NCBI RefSeq assembly: GCF_964355755.1
Contig: NC_092673.1
Span: 10,292,001 to 10,356,000 of the forward strand
Source of the DNA: Antedon mediterranea
Lineage: Eukaryota; Animalia; Echinodermata
Length of the DNA: 64,000 bases
Direction of reading: 5' to 3'
In this document: piece after piece, positions 1-14,308 of the stretch
Layout of the letters: each line of letters starts with the position of its first letter
Numbering within the stretch: the stretch's first letter is position 1
Translations under genes and position numbers: made by a program
The notes under the pieces: model-generated
What the model saw: only the letters and a program-made list of their open reading frames with translations
What the model was told of the DNA's origin: nothing
Databases searched by the model: none

Positions 1-3000
1 ACATCATTTTACATTGATGGATCATTTATTTCATATAAATAGACTATTATCAGCTCTTCACTCATCTACTGGTTTGTGGCTTAACCGGTAGTGCTCAGGT
101 TTGAGTTCTCGCAGTTGGTGGGTACGAACCTCTAGGAATTTTTTTTAAATTTTTTTTTAATTGAAAATAAATATTGTTTTTGAAAGTGAGATATTTTGAG
201 TGTTGTAAATGTCAGGCCTAAACAAGTGGACCTTTTTTAAAATCAGAATCAAAGTTGCATGGCATTATTTTTCATTGATTGATCATGCATTTCATATAAA
301 TAGACTATTATCAGCCCTTCACTCATCTGCTGGTTTGTGGCGTAACGGATAATGCTCAGGTTTGAGTGCTCTCAGTAGTGGGTTCGAACCTCTAGGGATT
401 TTTTTTTTTAATTGAAAATAAATATTTTTTTTGAAAATGAGATATTTTTTAGAGTTGTAAATGTCAGGCCTAAAAAAATGGATCTTTTTTAAAATCAGAA
501 ACAAAGTTGCATGGCATTATTTTTCATTGATTGATCATTCATTTCATATAAATAGACTATTATCAGCTCTTCAGTCATCTACTGGTTTGTGGCGTAACGT
601 GTATTGCTCAGGTTTGAGTGCTCTGAGTAGTGGGTCGAACCTCCATGGATATTTTTTTTCTTTTTTTTTTCAATTGCAAATAAATATGGTTTTTGAAAGT
701 GAGATATTTTGAGGGTTGTAAATGTCAGGCCTAAACAAGTGGACCTTTTTTAAAATCAGAAACAAAGTTGCATGGCATTATTTTTCATTGATTGATCATC
801 CATTTCATATAAATAGACTATTATCAGCTCTTCAGTCATATACTGGTTTGCGGCGTAACGGGTAATGCTCAGGTTTGAGTGATTTCAATAGTGGGTTCGG
901 ACTTCTAGGGATATTTTTTTTCTTTTTTTTTTATTTGAAAATAAATATTGTTTTTGAAAGTGAGATATTTTTATGGTTTTAAATGTCAAGCCTAACCAAG
1001 TGGACCTTTTTTAAAATCAGAAACAAAGTTGCATAACATCATTTTACATTGATGGATCATTGATTCCATATAAATAGACTATTATCAGCTCTTCACTCAT
1101 CTACTGGTTTGTGGTGTAACCGGTAGTGCTCAGGTTTGAGTTCTCCAAGTAGTGGGTTCGAACCTCTACGAATATTTTTTTTCTTTCCTTTTTTTTAATT
1201 GAAAATAAATTATATTTTTGAAAGTGAGATATTTTGAGTGTTGTAAATGTCAGGCCTAAACAAGTGGACCTTTTTTAAAATCAGAAACAAAGTTGCATGG
1301 CATTATTTTTCATTGATTGATCATTCATTTCATATAAATAGACTATTATCAGCCCTTTACTCATCTGCTGGTTTGTGGCGTAACGGATAATGCTCAGGTT
1401 TGAGTGCTCTCAGTAGTGGGTTCGAACCTCTAGAGATTTTTTTTTTTTTAAATTGAAAATAAATATTTTTTTTTAAAGTGAGATATTTTGAGGGTTGTAA
1501 ATATCAGGCCTAAACAAGTGGACCTTTTTTAAAATCAGAAACAAAGTTGCATGGCATTATTTTTCATTGATTTATTATTTATTTCATATAAATAGAGTAT
1601 TATCAGCTCTTCAGTCATCTACTGGTTTGTGGCGTAACGGGTAATGTTCAAGTTTGAGTGCTCTCACTAGTGGGTTCGAACCTCTACGGATATTTTGTTT
1701 CTTTTTTTTGGTTTTAATTTAAAATAAATATTGTTTTTGAAAGTGAGATATTTTGAGGGTTGTAAATGTCAAGCCAAACCAAGTGGACCTTTTTTTAAAT
1801 CAGAAACAAAGTTGCATAACATCAGTTTACATTGATGGATCATTGATTTCATATAAATAGACTATTATCAGCTCTTCACTCATCTACTGGTTTGTGGCGT
1901 AACCGGTAGTGCTCAGGTTTGAGTTCTCGCAGTAGTGGGTTCGAACCTCTACGAATTTTTTTTTCTTTCTTTTTTTTTAATTGAAAATAAATATTGTTTT
2001 TGAAAGTGAGATATTTTTATGGTTTTAAATGTCAAGCCTAACCAAGTGGACCTTTTTTTACATCAGAAACAAAGTTGCCTAACATAATTTTACATTGATG
2101 GATCATTTATTCCATATAAATAGACTATTATCAGCTCTTCACTCATCTACTGGTTTGTGGTGTAACCGGTAGTGCTCAGGTTTGAGTTCTCGCAGTAGTG
2201 TGTTCGAACCTCCACGAATATTTTTTTTCTTTCTTTTTTTTTAATTGAAAATAAATATTGTTTTTGAAAGTGAGATATTTTGAGTGTTGTAAATGTCAGG
2301 CCTAAACAAGTGGACCTTTTTTAAAATCAGAAACAAAGTTGCATGGCATGATTCTTCATTGATTGATCATCCATTCATATAAATAGACTATTATCAGCTC
2401 TTCAGTCATATACAGGTTTACGGCGTAACGGGTAATGCTCAGGTTTGAGTTATTTCAATAGTGGGTTCGAACTTCTAGGGATATTTTTTTCTTTTTTTTT
2501 TTGTTTGAAAATAAATATTGTTTTTGAAAGTGAGATATTTTTATGGTTTTAAATGTCAATCCTAACCAAGTGGACATTTTTTTAAATCAGAAACAAAGTT
2601 GCATAACATCATTTTACATTGATGGATCATTCATTTCATATAAATAGACTATTATCAGCTCTTTACTCATCTACTGGTTTGTGGCGTAACCGGTAATGCT
2701 CAGGTTTGAGTTCTCTCAGTAGTGGGTTCGAACCTCTAGAAATATTTTTTTTCTTTTTTTTTTTGTTTGAAAATAAATATTGTTTTTGAAAGTGAGATAT
2801 TTTTATGGTTTTAAATGTCAAGACTAACCAAGTGGACCTTTTTTTAAATCAGAAACAAAGTTGCATAACATCATTTTACATTGATGGATCATTTATTTCA
2901 TATAAATAGACTATTATCAGCTCTTCACTCATCTACTGGTTTGTGGCTTAACCGGTAGTTATCAGGTTTGAGTTCTCGCAGCTGGTGGGTACGAACCTCT

Positions 3001-6000
3001 AGGAATTTTTTTTTTATTTTTTTTTAATTGAAAATAAATATTGTTTTTGAAAGTGAGATATTTTGAGTGTTGTAAATGTCAGGCCTAAACAAGTGGACCT
3101 TTTTTAAAATCAAAAACAAAGTTGCATGGCATTATTTTTCATTGATTGATCATGCATTTCATATAAATAGACTATTATCAGCCCTTCACTCATCTGCTGG
3201 TTTGTGGCGTAACGGATAATGCTCAGGTTTGAGTGCTCTCAGTAGTGGGTTCGAACCTCTAGGGATTTTTTTTTTTTTAATTGAAAATAAATATTTTTTT
3301 TGAAAATGAGATATTTTTTAGAGTTGTAAATGTCAGGCCTAAAAAAATGGATCTTTTTTAAAATCAGAAACAAAGTTGCATGGCATTATTTTTCATTGAT
3401 TGATCATTCATTCCATATAAATAGACTATTATCAGCTCTTCAGTCATCTACTGGTTTGTGGCGTAACGTGTATTGCTCAGGTTTGAGTGCTCTGAGTAGT
3501 GGGTCGAACCTCCATGGATATTTTTTTTCTTTTTTTTTTCAATTGCAAATAAATATGGTTTTTGAAAGTGAGATATTTTGAGGGTTGTAAATGTCAGGCC
3601 TAAACAAGTGGACCTTTTTTAAAATCAGAAACAAAGTTGCATGGCATTATTTTTCATTGATTGATCATTTATTTCATATATATACACTATTATCAGTTCC
3701 TCAGTCATCTACTGGTTTGTGGCGTAACGGGTAATGCTCAGGTTTGAGTGCTCTCAGTAGTGGGTTCGAACCTATACGGGTATTTTTTTTCTTTTTTTTT
3801 AATTGAAAATAAATATTGTTTTTGAAAGTGAGATATTTTGAGGGTTGCAACTGTCAGGCCTAAACAAGTGAACCTTTTTTAAAATCAGAAACAAAGTTGC
3901 ATGGCATTATTTTTCATTGATTGATCATCCATTCATATAAATAGACTATTATCAGCTCTTCAGTCATATACTGGTTTACGGCGTAACGGGTAATGCTCAG
4001 GTTTGAGTTATTTCAATAGTGGGTTCGAACTTCTAGGGATATTTTTTTCTTTTTGTTTTAATTTAAAATAAATATTGTTTTTGAAAGTGAGATATTTTGA
4101 GGGTTGTAAATGTCAAGCCAAACCAAGTGGACCTTTTTTTAAATCAGAAACAAAGTTGCATAACATCATTTTACGTTGATGGATCATTCATTTCATATAA
4201 ATAGACTATTATCAGCTCTTCACTCATCTACTGGTTTGTGGTGTAACCGGTAGTGCTCAGGTTTGAGTTCTCGCAGTAGTGGGTTCGAACCTCTACGAAT
4301 ATTTTTTTCTTTCTTTTTTTTTAATTGAAAATAAATATTGTTTTTGAAAGTGAGATATTTTTATGGTTTTAAATGTCAAGCCTAACCAAGTGGACCTTTT
4401 TTTACATCAGAAACAAAGTTGCCTAACATAATTTTACATTGATGGATCATTTATTCCATATAAATAGACTATTATCAGCTCTTCACTCATCTACTGGTTT
4501 GTGGTGTAACCGGTAGTGCTCAGGTTTGAGTTCTCGCAGTAGTGTGTTCGAACCTCCACGAATATTTTTTTTCTTTCTTTTTTTTTAATTGAAAATAAAT
4601 ATTGTTTTTGAAAGTGAGATATTTTGAGTGTTGTAAATGTCAGGCCTAAACAAGTGGACCTTTTTTAAAATCAGAAACAAAGTTGCATGGCATGATTTTT
4701 CATTGATTGATCATCCATTCATATAAATAGACTATTATCAGCTCTTCAGTCATATACAGGTTTACGGCGTAACGGGTAATGCTCAGGTTTGAGTTATTTC
4801 AATAGTGGGTTCGAACTTCTAGGGATATTTTTTTCTTTTTTTTTTTATTTGAAAATAAATATTGTTTTTGAAAGTGAGATATTTTTATGGTTTTAAATGT
4901 CAATCCTAACCAAGTGGACATTTTTTTAAATCAGAAAAAAAGTTGCATAACATCATTTTACATTGATGGATCATTCATTTCATATAAATAGACTATTATC
5001 AGCTCTTCACTCATCTACTGGTTTGTGGCGTAACCGGTAATGCTCAGGTTTGAGTTCTCTCAGTAGTGGGTTCGAACCTCTAGGAATATTTTTTTTCTTT
5101 TTTTTTTGTTTGAAAATAAATATTGTTTTTGAAAGTGAGATATTTTTATGGTTTTAAATGTCAAGACTAACCAAGTGGACCTTTTTTTAAATCAGAAACA
5201 AAGTTGCATAACATCATTTTACATTGATGGATCATTTATTTCATATAAATAGACTATTATCAGCTCTTCACTCATCTACTGGTTTGTGGCTTAACCGGTA
5301 GTGCTCAGGTTTGAGTTCTCGCAGCTGGTGGGTACGAACCTCTAGGAATTTTTTTTTTATTTTTTTTTAATTGAAAATAAATATTGTTTTTGAAAGTGAG
5401 ATATTTTGAGTGTTGTAAATGTCAGGCCTAAACAAGTGGACCTTTTTTAAAATCAGAAACAAAGTTGCATGGCATTATTTTTCATTGATTGATCATGCAT
5501 TTCATATAAATAGACTATTATCAGCCCTTCACTCATCTGCTGGTTTGTGGCGTAACGGATAATGCTCAGGTTTGAGTGCTCTCAGTAGTGGGTTCGAACC
5601 TCTAGGGATTTTTTTTTTAATTGAAAATAAATATTTTTTTTAAAAATGAGATATTTTTTAGAGTTGTAAATGTCAGGCCTAAAAAAATGGATCTTTTTTA
5701 AAATCAGAAACAAAGTTGCATGGCATTATTTTTCATTGATTGATCATTCATTCCATATAAATAGACTATTATCAGCTCTTCAGTCATCTACTGGTTTGTG
5801 GCGTAACGTGTATTGCTCAGGTTTGAGTGCTCTGAGTAGTGGGTCGAACCTCCATGGATATTTTTTTTCTTTTTTTTTTCAATTGCAAATAAATATGGTT
5901 TTTGAAAGTGAGATATTTTGAGGGTTGTAAATGTCAGGCCTAAACAAGTGGACCTTTTTTAAAATCAGAAACAAAGTTGCATGGTATTATTTTTCATTGA

Positions 6001-9000
6001 TTGATCATTTATTTCATATATATACACTATTATCAGTTCCTCAGTCATCTACTGGTTTGTGGCGTAACGGGTAATGCTCAGGTTTGAGTGCTCTCAGTAG
6101 TGGGTTCGAACCTATACGGGTATTTTTTTTCTTTTTTTTTAATTGAAAATAAATATTGTTTTTGAAAGTGAGATATTTTGAGGGTTGCAACTGTCAGGCC
6201 TAAACAAGTGAACCTTTTTTAAAATCAGAAACAAAGTTGCATGGCATTATTTTTCATTGATTGATCATCCATTCATATAAATAGACTATTATCAGCTCTT
6301 CAGTCATATACAGGTTTACGGCGTAACGGGTAATGCTCAGGTTTGAGTTATTTCAATAGTGGGTTCGAACTTCTAGGGATATTTTTTTCTTTTTGTTTTA
6401 ATTTAAAATAAATATTGTTTTTGAAAGTGAGATATTTTGAGGGTTGTAAATGTCAAGCCAAACCAAGTGGACTTTTTTTTTAAATCAGAAACAAAGTTGC
6501 ATAACATCATTTTACGTTGATGGATCATTCATTTCATATAAATAGACTATTATCAGCTCTTCACTCATCTACTGGTTTGTGGTGTAACCGGTAGTGCTCA
6601 GGTTTGAGTTCTCGCAGTAGTGGGTTCGAACCTCTACGAATATTTTTTTCTTTCTTTTTTTTTAATTGAAAATAAATATTGTTTTTGAAAGTGAGATATT
6701 TTTATGGTTTTAAATGTCAAGCCTAACCAAGTGGACCTTTTTTTACATCAGAAACAAAGTTGCCTAACATAATTTTACATTGATGGATCATTTATTCCAT
6801 ATAAATAGACTATTATCAGCTCTTCACTCATCTACTGGTTTGTGGTGTAACCGGTAGTGCTCAGGTTTGAGTTCTCGCAGTAGTGTGTTCGAACCTCCAC
6901 GAATATTTTTTTTCTTTCTTTTTTTTTAATTGAAAATAAATATTGTTTTTGAAAGTGAGATATTTTGAGTGTTGTAAATGTCAGGCCTAAACAAGTGGAC
7001 CTTTTTTAAAATCAGAAACAAAGTTGCATGGCATTATTTTTCATTGATTGATCATTCATTTCATATAAATAGAATATTATCAGCTCCTCAGTCATCTACT
7101 GGTTTGTGGCGTAACGGGTAATGCTCAGGTTTGAGTGCTCTCAATAGTGGGTTCGAACCTATACGGTTTTTTTTTTTCTTTTTTTTTTAATTGAAAATAA
7201 ATATTGTTTTTGAAAGTGAGATATTTTGTGGGTTGCAACTGTAAGGCCTAAACAAGAGAACCTTTTTTTAAATCAGAAACAAAGTTGCATGGCATTATTT
7301 TTCATTGATTGATCATCCATTTCATATAAATAGACTATTATCAGCTCTTCAGTCATATACTGGTTAGCGGCGTAACGGGTAATGCTCAGGTTTGAGTGAT
7401 TTCAATAGTGGGTTCGAACTTCTAGGGATATTTTTTTTCTTTTTTTTTTTATTTGAAAATAATATTGTTTTTGAAAGTGAGATATTTTTATGGTTTTAAA
7501 TGTCAAGCCTAACCAAGTGGACCTTTTTTAAAATCAGAAACAAAGTTGCATAACATCATTTTACATTGATGGATCATTCATTCCATATAAATAGACTATT
7601 ATCAGCTCTTCACTCATCTACTGGTATGTGGTGTAACCGGTAGTGCTCAGGTTTGAGTTCTCGCAGTAGTGGGTTCGAACCTCTACGAATATTTTTTTTT
7701 CTTTCCTTTTTTTTAATTGAAAATAAATATTATTTTTGAAAGTGAGATATTTTGAGTGTTGTAAATGTCAGGCCTAAACAAGTGGACCTTTTTTAAAATC
7801 AGAAACAAAGTTGCATGGCATTATTTTTCATTGATTGATCATTCATTTCATATAAATAGACTATTATCAGCCCTTCACTCATCTGCTGGCTTGTGGCGTA
7901 ACGGATAATGCTCAGGTTTGAGTGCTCTCAGTAGTGGGTTTGCCCCTCTAGGGATTTTTTTTCTTTTTTTTTTAATTCAAAATAAATATTGTTTTTGAAA
8001 GTGAGATATTTTGAGGGTTGCAACTGTCAGGCCTAAACAAGTGAACCTTTTTTGAAAACAGAAACAAAGTTGCATGGCATTATTTTTCATTGATTGATCA
8101 CCCATTTCATATAAATAGACTATAATCAGCTCTTCAGTCATATACTGGTTTGCGGCGTAACGGGTAATGCTCAGGTTTGAGTGATTTCAATAGTGGGTTC
8201 GAACTTCTAGGGATATTTTTTTTCTTTTTTTTTTTATTTGAAAATAAATATTGTTTTTGAAAGTGAGATATTTTTATGGTTTTAAATGTCAAACCTAACC
8301 AAGTGGACCTTTTTTAAAATCAGAAACAAAGTTGCATAACATCATTTTACATTGATGGATCATTCATTCCATATAAATAGACTATTATCAGCTCTTCAGT
8401 CATCTACTGGTTTGTGGGGTAACCGGTAGTGCTCAGGTTTGAGTTCTCGCAGTAGTGGGTTCGAACCTCTACGAATATTTTTTTTCTTTCCTTTTTTTTA
8501 ATTGAAAATAAATATTGTTTTTGAAAGTGAGATATTTTGAGTGTTGTAAATGTCAGGCCTAAACAAGTGGACCTTTTTTAAAATCAGAAACAAAGTTGCA
8601 TGGCATTATTTTTCATTGATTGATCATTAATTTCATATAAATAGACTATTATCAGCCCTTCACTCATCTGCTGGTTTGTGGCGTAACGGATAATGCTCAG
8701 GTTTGTGTGCTCTCAGTAGTGGGTTCGAACCTCTAGGGATTTTTTTTTTTTTAAATTGAAAATAAATATTTTTTTTTAAAGTGAGATATTTTGAGGGTTG
8801 TAAATATCAGGCCTAAATAAGTGGACCTTTTTTAAAATCAGAAACAAAGTTGCATGGCATTATTTTTCATTGATTTATTATTTATTTCATATAAATATAG
8901 TATTATCAGCTCTTCAGTCATCTACTGGTTTGTGGCGTAACGGGTAATGCTCAAGTTTGAGTGCTCTCACTAGTGGGTTCAAACCGCTACGGATATTTTG

Positions 9001-12000
9001 TTTCTTTTTTTTGTTTTAATTTAAAATAAATATTGTTTTTGAAAGTGAGATATTTTGAGGGTTGTAAATGTCAGGCCTAAACAAGTGAACCTTTTTTAAA
9101 ATCCGAAACAAAGTTGCATGGCATTGTTTTTCATTGATTGATCATTAATTTCATATAAATAGACTATTATCAGCTCTTCAGTTATCTACTGGTTTGTGGC
9201 GTAACGGGTAATACCCAGGTTTGAGTGCTCTCATTAGCGGGTTCCAACCTCTAGGGATATTGCTTTTTTATTGTTTTAAAATAAATATTGTTTTTGAAAG
9301 TGAGATTTTTTTATGGTTTTAAATGTCAAGCCTAACCAAGTGGACCTTTTTTAAAATCAGAAACAAAGTTGCATAACATCATTTTACATTGATGGATCAT
9401 CCATTTCATATAAATAGACTATTATCAGCTCTTCACTCATCTACTGGTTTGTGGCGTAACCGGTAGTGCTCAGGTTTGAGTTCTCGCAGTAGTGGGTTCG
9501 AACATCTACGAATATTTTTATTCTTTCTTTTTTTTTAATTGAAAATAAATATTGTTTTTGAAAGTGAGATATTTTGAGTGTTGTAAATGTCAAACCTAAA
9601 CAAGTGGACCTTTTTTAAAGTCAGAAACAAAGTTGCATGGCATTATTTTTCATTGATTGATCATTCATTTCATATAAATAGACTATTATCAGCTCCTCAG
9701 TCATCTACTGGTTTGTGGCGTAACGGATAATGCTCAGGTTTTAGTGCTCTCAGTAGTGGGTTCGAACCTCTAGGGATTTTTTTTCTTTTCTTTTTAATTG
9801 AAAATAAATATTGTTTTTGAAAGTGAGATATTTTGAGGGTTGCAACTGTCATGCCTAAACAAGTGAACCTTTTTTGAAATCAGAAACAAAGTTGCATGGC
9901 ATTATTTTTCATTGATTGATCATCCATTTCATATAAAGAGACTATTATCAGATCTTCAGTCATATACTGGTTTGCGGCGTAACGGGTAATGCTCAGGTTT
10001 GAGTGATTTCAATAGTGGGTTCGAACTTCTAGGGATATTTTTTTTCTTTTTTTTTTTATTTGAAAATAAATATTGTTTTTGAAAGTGATATATTTTTATG
10101 GTTTTAAATGTCAAGCCTAACCAAGTGGACTTTTTTTAAAATCGGAAACTAAGTTGCATAACATCATTTTACATTGATGGATCATTCATTTCATATAAAT
10201 AGACTATTTCTATAAATAGATATTTTTATGGTTTTAATTGTCAAGTCTAACCAAGTGGACCTTTTTTTAAATCAGAAACAAAGTTGCATAACATCATTTT
10301 ACATTGATCGATCATTTATTTCATATAAATAGACTATTATCAGCTCTTCACTCATCTACTGGTTTGTGGTGTAACCGGTAGTGCTCAGGTTTGAGTTCTC
10401 GCAGTAGTGGCTTCGAACCTCTACGAATATTTTTTTTCTTTCTTTTTTTTTAATTGAAAATAAATATTGTTTTTGAAAGTGAGATATTTTGAGACTTGTA
10501 AATGTCAGGCCTAAACAAGTGGACCTTTTTTTAAATCAGAAACAAAGTTGCATGGCATTGTTTTTCATTGATTGATCATTCATTTCATATAAATAGACTA
10601 TTATCAGCTCCTCAGTCATCTACTGGTTTGTGGCGTAACGGATAATGCTCAGGTTTGAGTGCTCTCAGTAGTGGGTTTGCCCCTCTAGGGATTTTTTTTC
10701 TTTTTTTTTTAATTCAAAATAAATATTGTTTTTGAAAGTGAGATATTTTGAGGGTTGCAACTGTCAGGCCTAAACAAGTGAACCTTTTTTGAAAACAGAA
10801 ACAAAGTTGCATGGCATTATTTTTAATTGATTGATCATCAATTTCATATAAATAGACTATTATCAGCTCTTCAGTCATATACTGGTTTGCGGCGTAACGG
10901 GTAATGCTCAGGTTTGAGTGATTTCAATAGTGGGTTCGAACTTCTAGGGATATTTTTTTTCTTTTTTTTTTTTTATTTGAAAATAAATATTGTTTTTGAA
11001 AGTGAGATATTTTTATGGTTTTAAATGTCAAGCCTAACCAAGTGGACCTTTTTTAAAATCAGAAACAAAGTTGCATAACATCATTTTACATTGATGGATC
11101 ATTCATTTCATATAAATAGACTATTATCAGCTCTTCAGTCATCTACTGGTTTGTGGTGTAACGGGTAGTGCTCAGGTTTGAGTTCTCGCAGTAGTGGGTT
11201 CGAACCTATACGGGTGTTTTTTTTCTTTCTTTTTTTTTAATTGAAAATAAATATTGTTTTTGAAAGTGAGATATTTTGAGTGTTGTAAATGTCAGGCCTA
11301 AACAAGAGAACCTTTTTTAAAATCAGAAACAAAGTTGCATGGCATTATTTTTCATTGATTGGTCATCCATTTCATATAAATAGACTATTATCAGCTCGTC
11401 AGTCATATACTGGTTTGCGGCGTAACGGGTAATGCTCAGGTTTGAGTGATTTCAATAGTGGGTTCGCACTTCTAGGGATATTTTTTTTTCTTTTTTTTTT
11501 ATTTGAAAATAAATATTGTTTTTGAAATTGAGATATTTTTATGGTTTTAAATGTCAAGTCTAACCAAGTGGACCTTTTTTAACTCAGAAACAAAGTTGCA
11601 TGGCATTATTTTTCATTGATTGATCATTCATTTCATATAAATAGACTATTATCAGCTCTTCACTCATCTACTGGTTTGTGGCGTAACGGATAATGCTCAG
11701 GTTTGAGTGCTCTCAGTAGTGGGTTCGAACCTCTAGGGATTTTTTTTTTTTTTTAATTGAAAATAAATATTTTTTTTGAAAGTGAGATATTTTGAGGGTT
11801 GTAAATATCAGACCTAAACAAGTGGACCTTTTTTAAAATCAGAAACAAAGTTGCATGGCATTATTTTTCATTGATTGATCATTCATTTCATATAAATAGA
11901 GTATTATCAGCTCTTCAGTCATCTACTGGTTTGTGGCGTAACGGGTAATGCTCAAGTTTGAGTGCTCTCACTAGTGGGTTCGAACCTCTACGGATATTTT

Positions 12001-12799
12001 GTTTCTTTTTTTTTGTTTTAATTTCAAATAAATATTGTTTTTGAAAGTGAGATATTTTGAGGGTTGTAAATGTCAGGCCTAAACAAGTGGACCTTTTTTA
12101 AAATCAGAAACAAAGTTGCATGGCATTATTTTTCATTGATTGATCATTTATTTCATATATATACACTATTATCAGTTCCTCAGTCATCTACTGGTTTGTG
12201 GCGTAACGGGTAATGCTCAGGTTTGAGTGCTCTCAGTAGTGGGTTCGAACCTATACGGGTATTTTTTTTCTTTTTTTTTAATTGAAAATAAATATTGTTT
12301 TTGAAAGTGAGATATTTTGAGGGTTGTAAATGTCAGGCCTAAACAAGTGAACCTTTTTTAAAATCCGAAACAAAGTTGCATGGCATTATTTTTCATTGAT
12401 TGATCATTCATTTCATATAAATAGACTATTATCAGCTCTTCAGTTATCTACTGGTTTGTGGCGTAACGGGTAATACCCAGGTTTGAGTGCTCTCATTAGC
12501 GGGTTCCAACCTCTAGGGATATTGCTTTTTTACTCGGGGTACCCGAGTCTAGTACTTACTCATTTTCTCCTTCTCTTCCTCCATCTGGACACTATTGAGT
12601 AAAAAGTGCGATTTTTAAAGTACTACTCCTCTCTTATTCGTTATAGTATTGAGCTGGGATTTGGCATGAACATACTACAGGGACATGTCCTCAAAGCTAT
12701 AGAGCCGGATTTTTAATTTTTTGTTAATTAATTTGTTTAATTAAGAAGCCACAATGTGTGACACACACCACAGCGTTATGTAGTTATATGGTTATATGC

Positions 12800-12872
12800 G
12801 GATTCTTGGCGTAGTGGTTATCACGTTTGCTTAACACGCAGAAGGTACCTGGTTCGAGCCCGGACGAAACCT
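12800..12872 (+). pseudogene. tRNA-Val(AAC)-derived sequence inside HINE
   Basis: TGGCGTAGTGGTTATCACGTTTGCTTAACACGCAGAAGGTACCTGGTTCGAGCCCGGACGAAACC followed by a T-tract. AAC anticodon loop; mismatched acceptor stem. Confidence 0.75.
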
Positions 12873-13083
12873 TTTTTTTTAACTTTATGGTGAAAAGTAC
12901 TGTATACGCAATATGATAATTATACAGAGTATATCTTATTTTTATTATTTTTTAAAATACTTATTTTGTGTAATCGGTAATTATCACTTTTACACATGTT
13001 TATTTTGCTTTGTGCTTATTACCATTTATTTGTAATTTAAATGGATTAAAAAACTTTCTGTAACCCACATTTTTAATGTAAGA

Positions 13084-13155
13084 GGTTTCGTAGTGTAGTG
13101 GTTGTCAAGTCTGCTTAACACGCAGAAGGTCCCGGTTCGAGCCCTGGCGAAACCT
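13084..13155 (+). pseudogene. tRNA-Val(AAC)-derived sequence inside HINE
   Basis: GGTTTCGTAGTGTAGTGGTTGTCAAGTCTGCTTAACACGCAGAAGGTCCCGGTTCGAGCCCTGGCGAAACC. Acceptor stem GGTTTCG/CGAAACC pairs; D and T stems imperfect. Confidence 0.75.
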
Positions 13156-13317
13156 ATTTTCTTTACTTTCTAACTGTATACGTCTGTATACAGCTTCTTT
13201 CGCTGTACCCCGAGTATTGCACATTCGTGCTTGTTATTGTTTGAAAATAAATGTTGTTTTTGAAAGTGAGATTTTTTTATGGTTTTAAATGTCAAGCCTA
13301 ACCAAGTGAACCTTTTT

Positions 13318-14308
13318 TACTCGGGGTACCCGAGTCTAGTACTTACTCATTTTCTCCTTCTCTTCCTCCATCTGGACACTATTGAGTAAAAAGTGCGATT
13401 TTTAAAGTACTACTCCTCCCTTATTCGTTATAGTATTGAGCTGGGATTTGGCATGAACATACTACAGGGACATGTCCTCAAAGCTATAGAGCCGGATTTT
13501 TAATTATTTGTTAATTAATTTGTTTAATTAAGAAGCCACAATGTGTGACACACACCACAGCGTTATGTAGTTATATGGTTATATGCGGATTCTTGGCGTA
13601 GTGGTTATCACGTTTGCTTAACACGCAGAAGGTACCTGGTTCGAGCCCGGACGAAACCTTTTTTTTAACTTTATGGTGAAAAGTACTGTATACGCAATAT
13701 GATAATTATACAGAGTATATTTTATTTTTATTATTTTTTAAAATACTTATTTTGTGTAATCGGTAATTATCCCTTTTACACATGTTTATTTTGCTTTGTG
13801 CTTATTACCATTTATTTGTAATTTAAATGGATTAAACAACTTTCTGTAACCCACATTTTTAATGTAAGAGGTTTCGTAGTGTAGTGGTTGTCAAGTCTGC
13901 TTAACACGCAGAAGGTCCCGGTTCGAGCCCGGACGAAACCTTTTTTTTTAACTTTATGGTGAAAAGTACTGTATACGCAATAATATGATAATTATACAGA
14001 GTATATTTTATTTTTATTATTTTTTAAAATACTTATTTTGTGTAATCGGTAATTATCACTTTTACACATGTTTATTTTGCTTTGTGCTTATTACCATTTA
14101 TTTGTAATTTAAATGGATTAAAAAACTTTCTGTAACCCACATTTTTAATGTAAGAGGTTTCGTAGTGTAGTGGTTGTCAAGTCTGCTTAACACGCAGAAG
14201 GTCCCGGTTCGAGCCCTGGCGAAACCTATTTTTCTTTACTTTCTAACTGTATACGTCTGTATACAGCTTCTTTCGCTGTACCCCGAGTATTGCACATTTG
14301 TGCTTGTT
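13318..14308 (+). mobile_element. HINE/DINE-1-like element, copy 2, with three tRNA-Val-like modules (13587-13658, 13870-13940, 14156-14226)
   Basis: Same termini as copy 1, inserted in CCTTTTTT^AAAATCAG of the satellite. Has one extra ~286-bp internal module. Confidence 0.8.

Larger units (their letters stand above)
12531..13235 (+). mobile_element. Helentron-associated non-autonomous element (HINE/DINE-1-like), copy 1
   Basis: 5' subterminal TACTCGGGGTAC with adjacent palindrome, a CT-rich tract, 3' inverted copy GTACCCCGAGTA, then hairpin GCAC-ATTC-GTGC and TTGTT. Inserted in a T-run with no clear TSD. The uninterrupted monomer is visible at ~9260 (ATTGCTTTTTTATTG). Confidence 0.8.
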
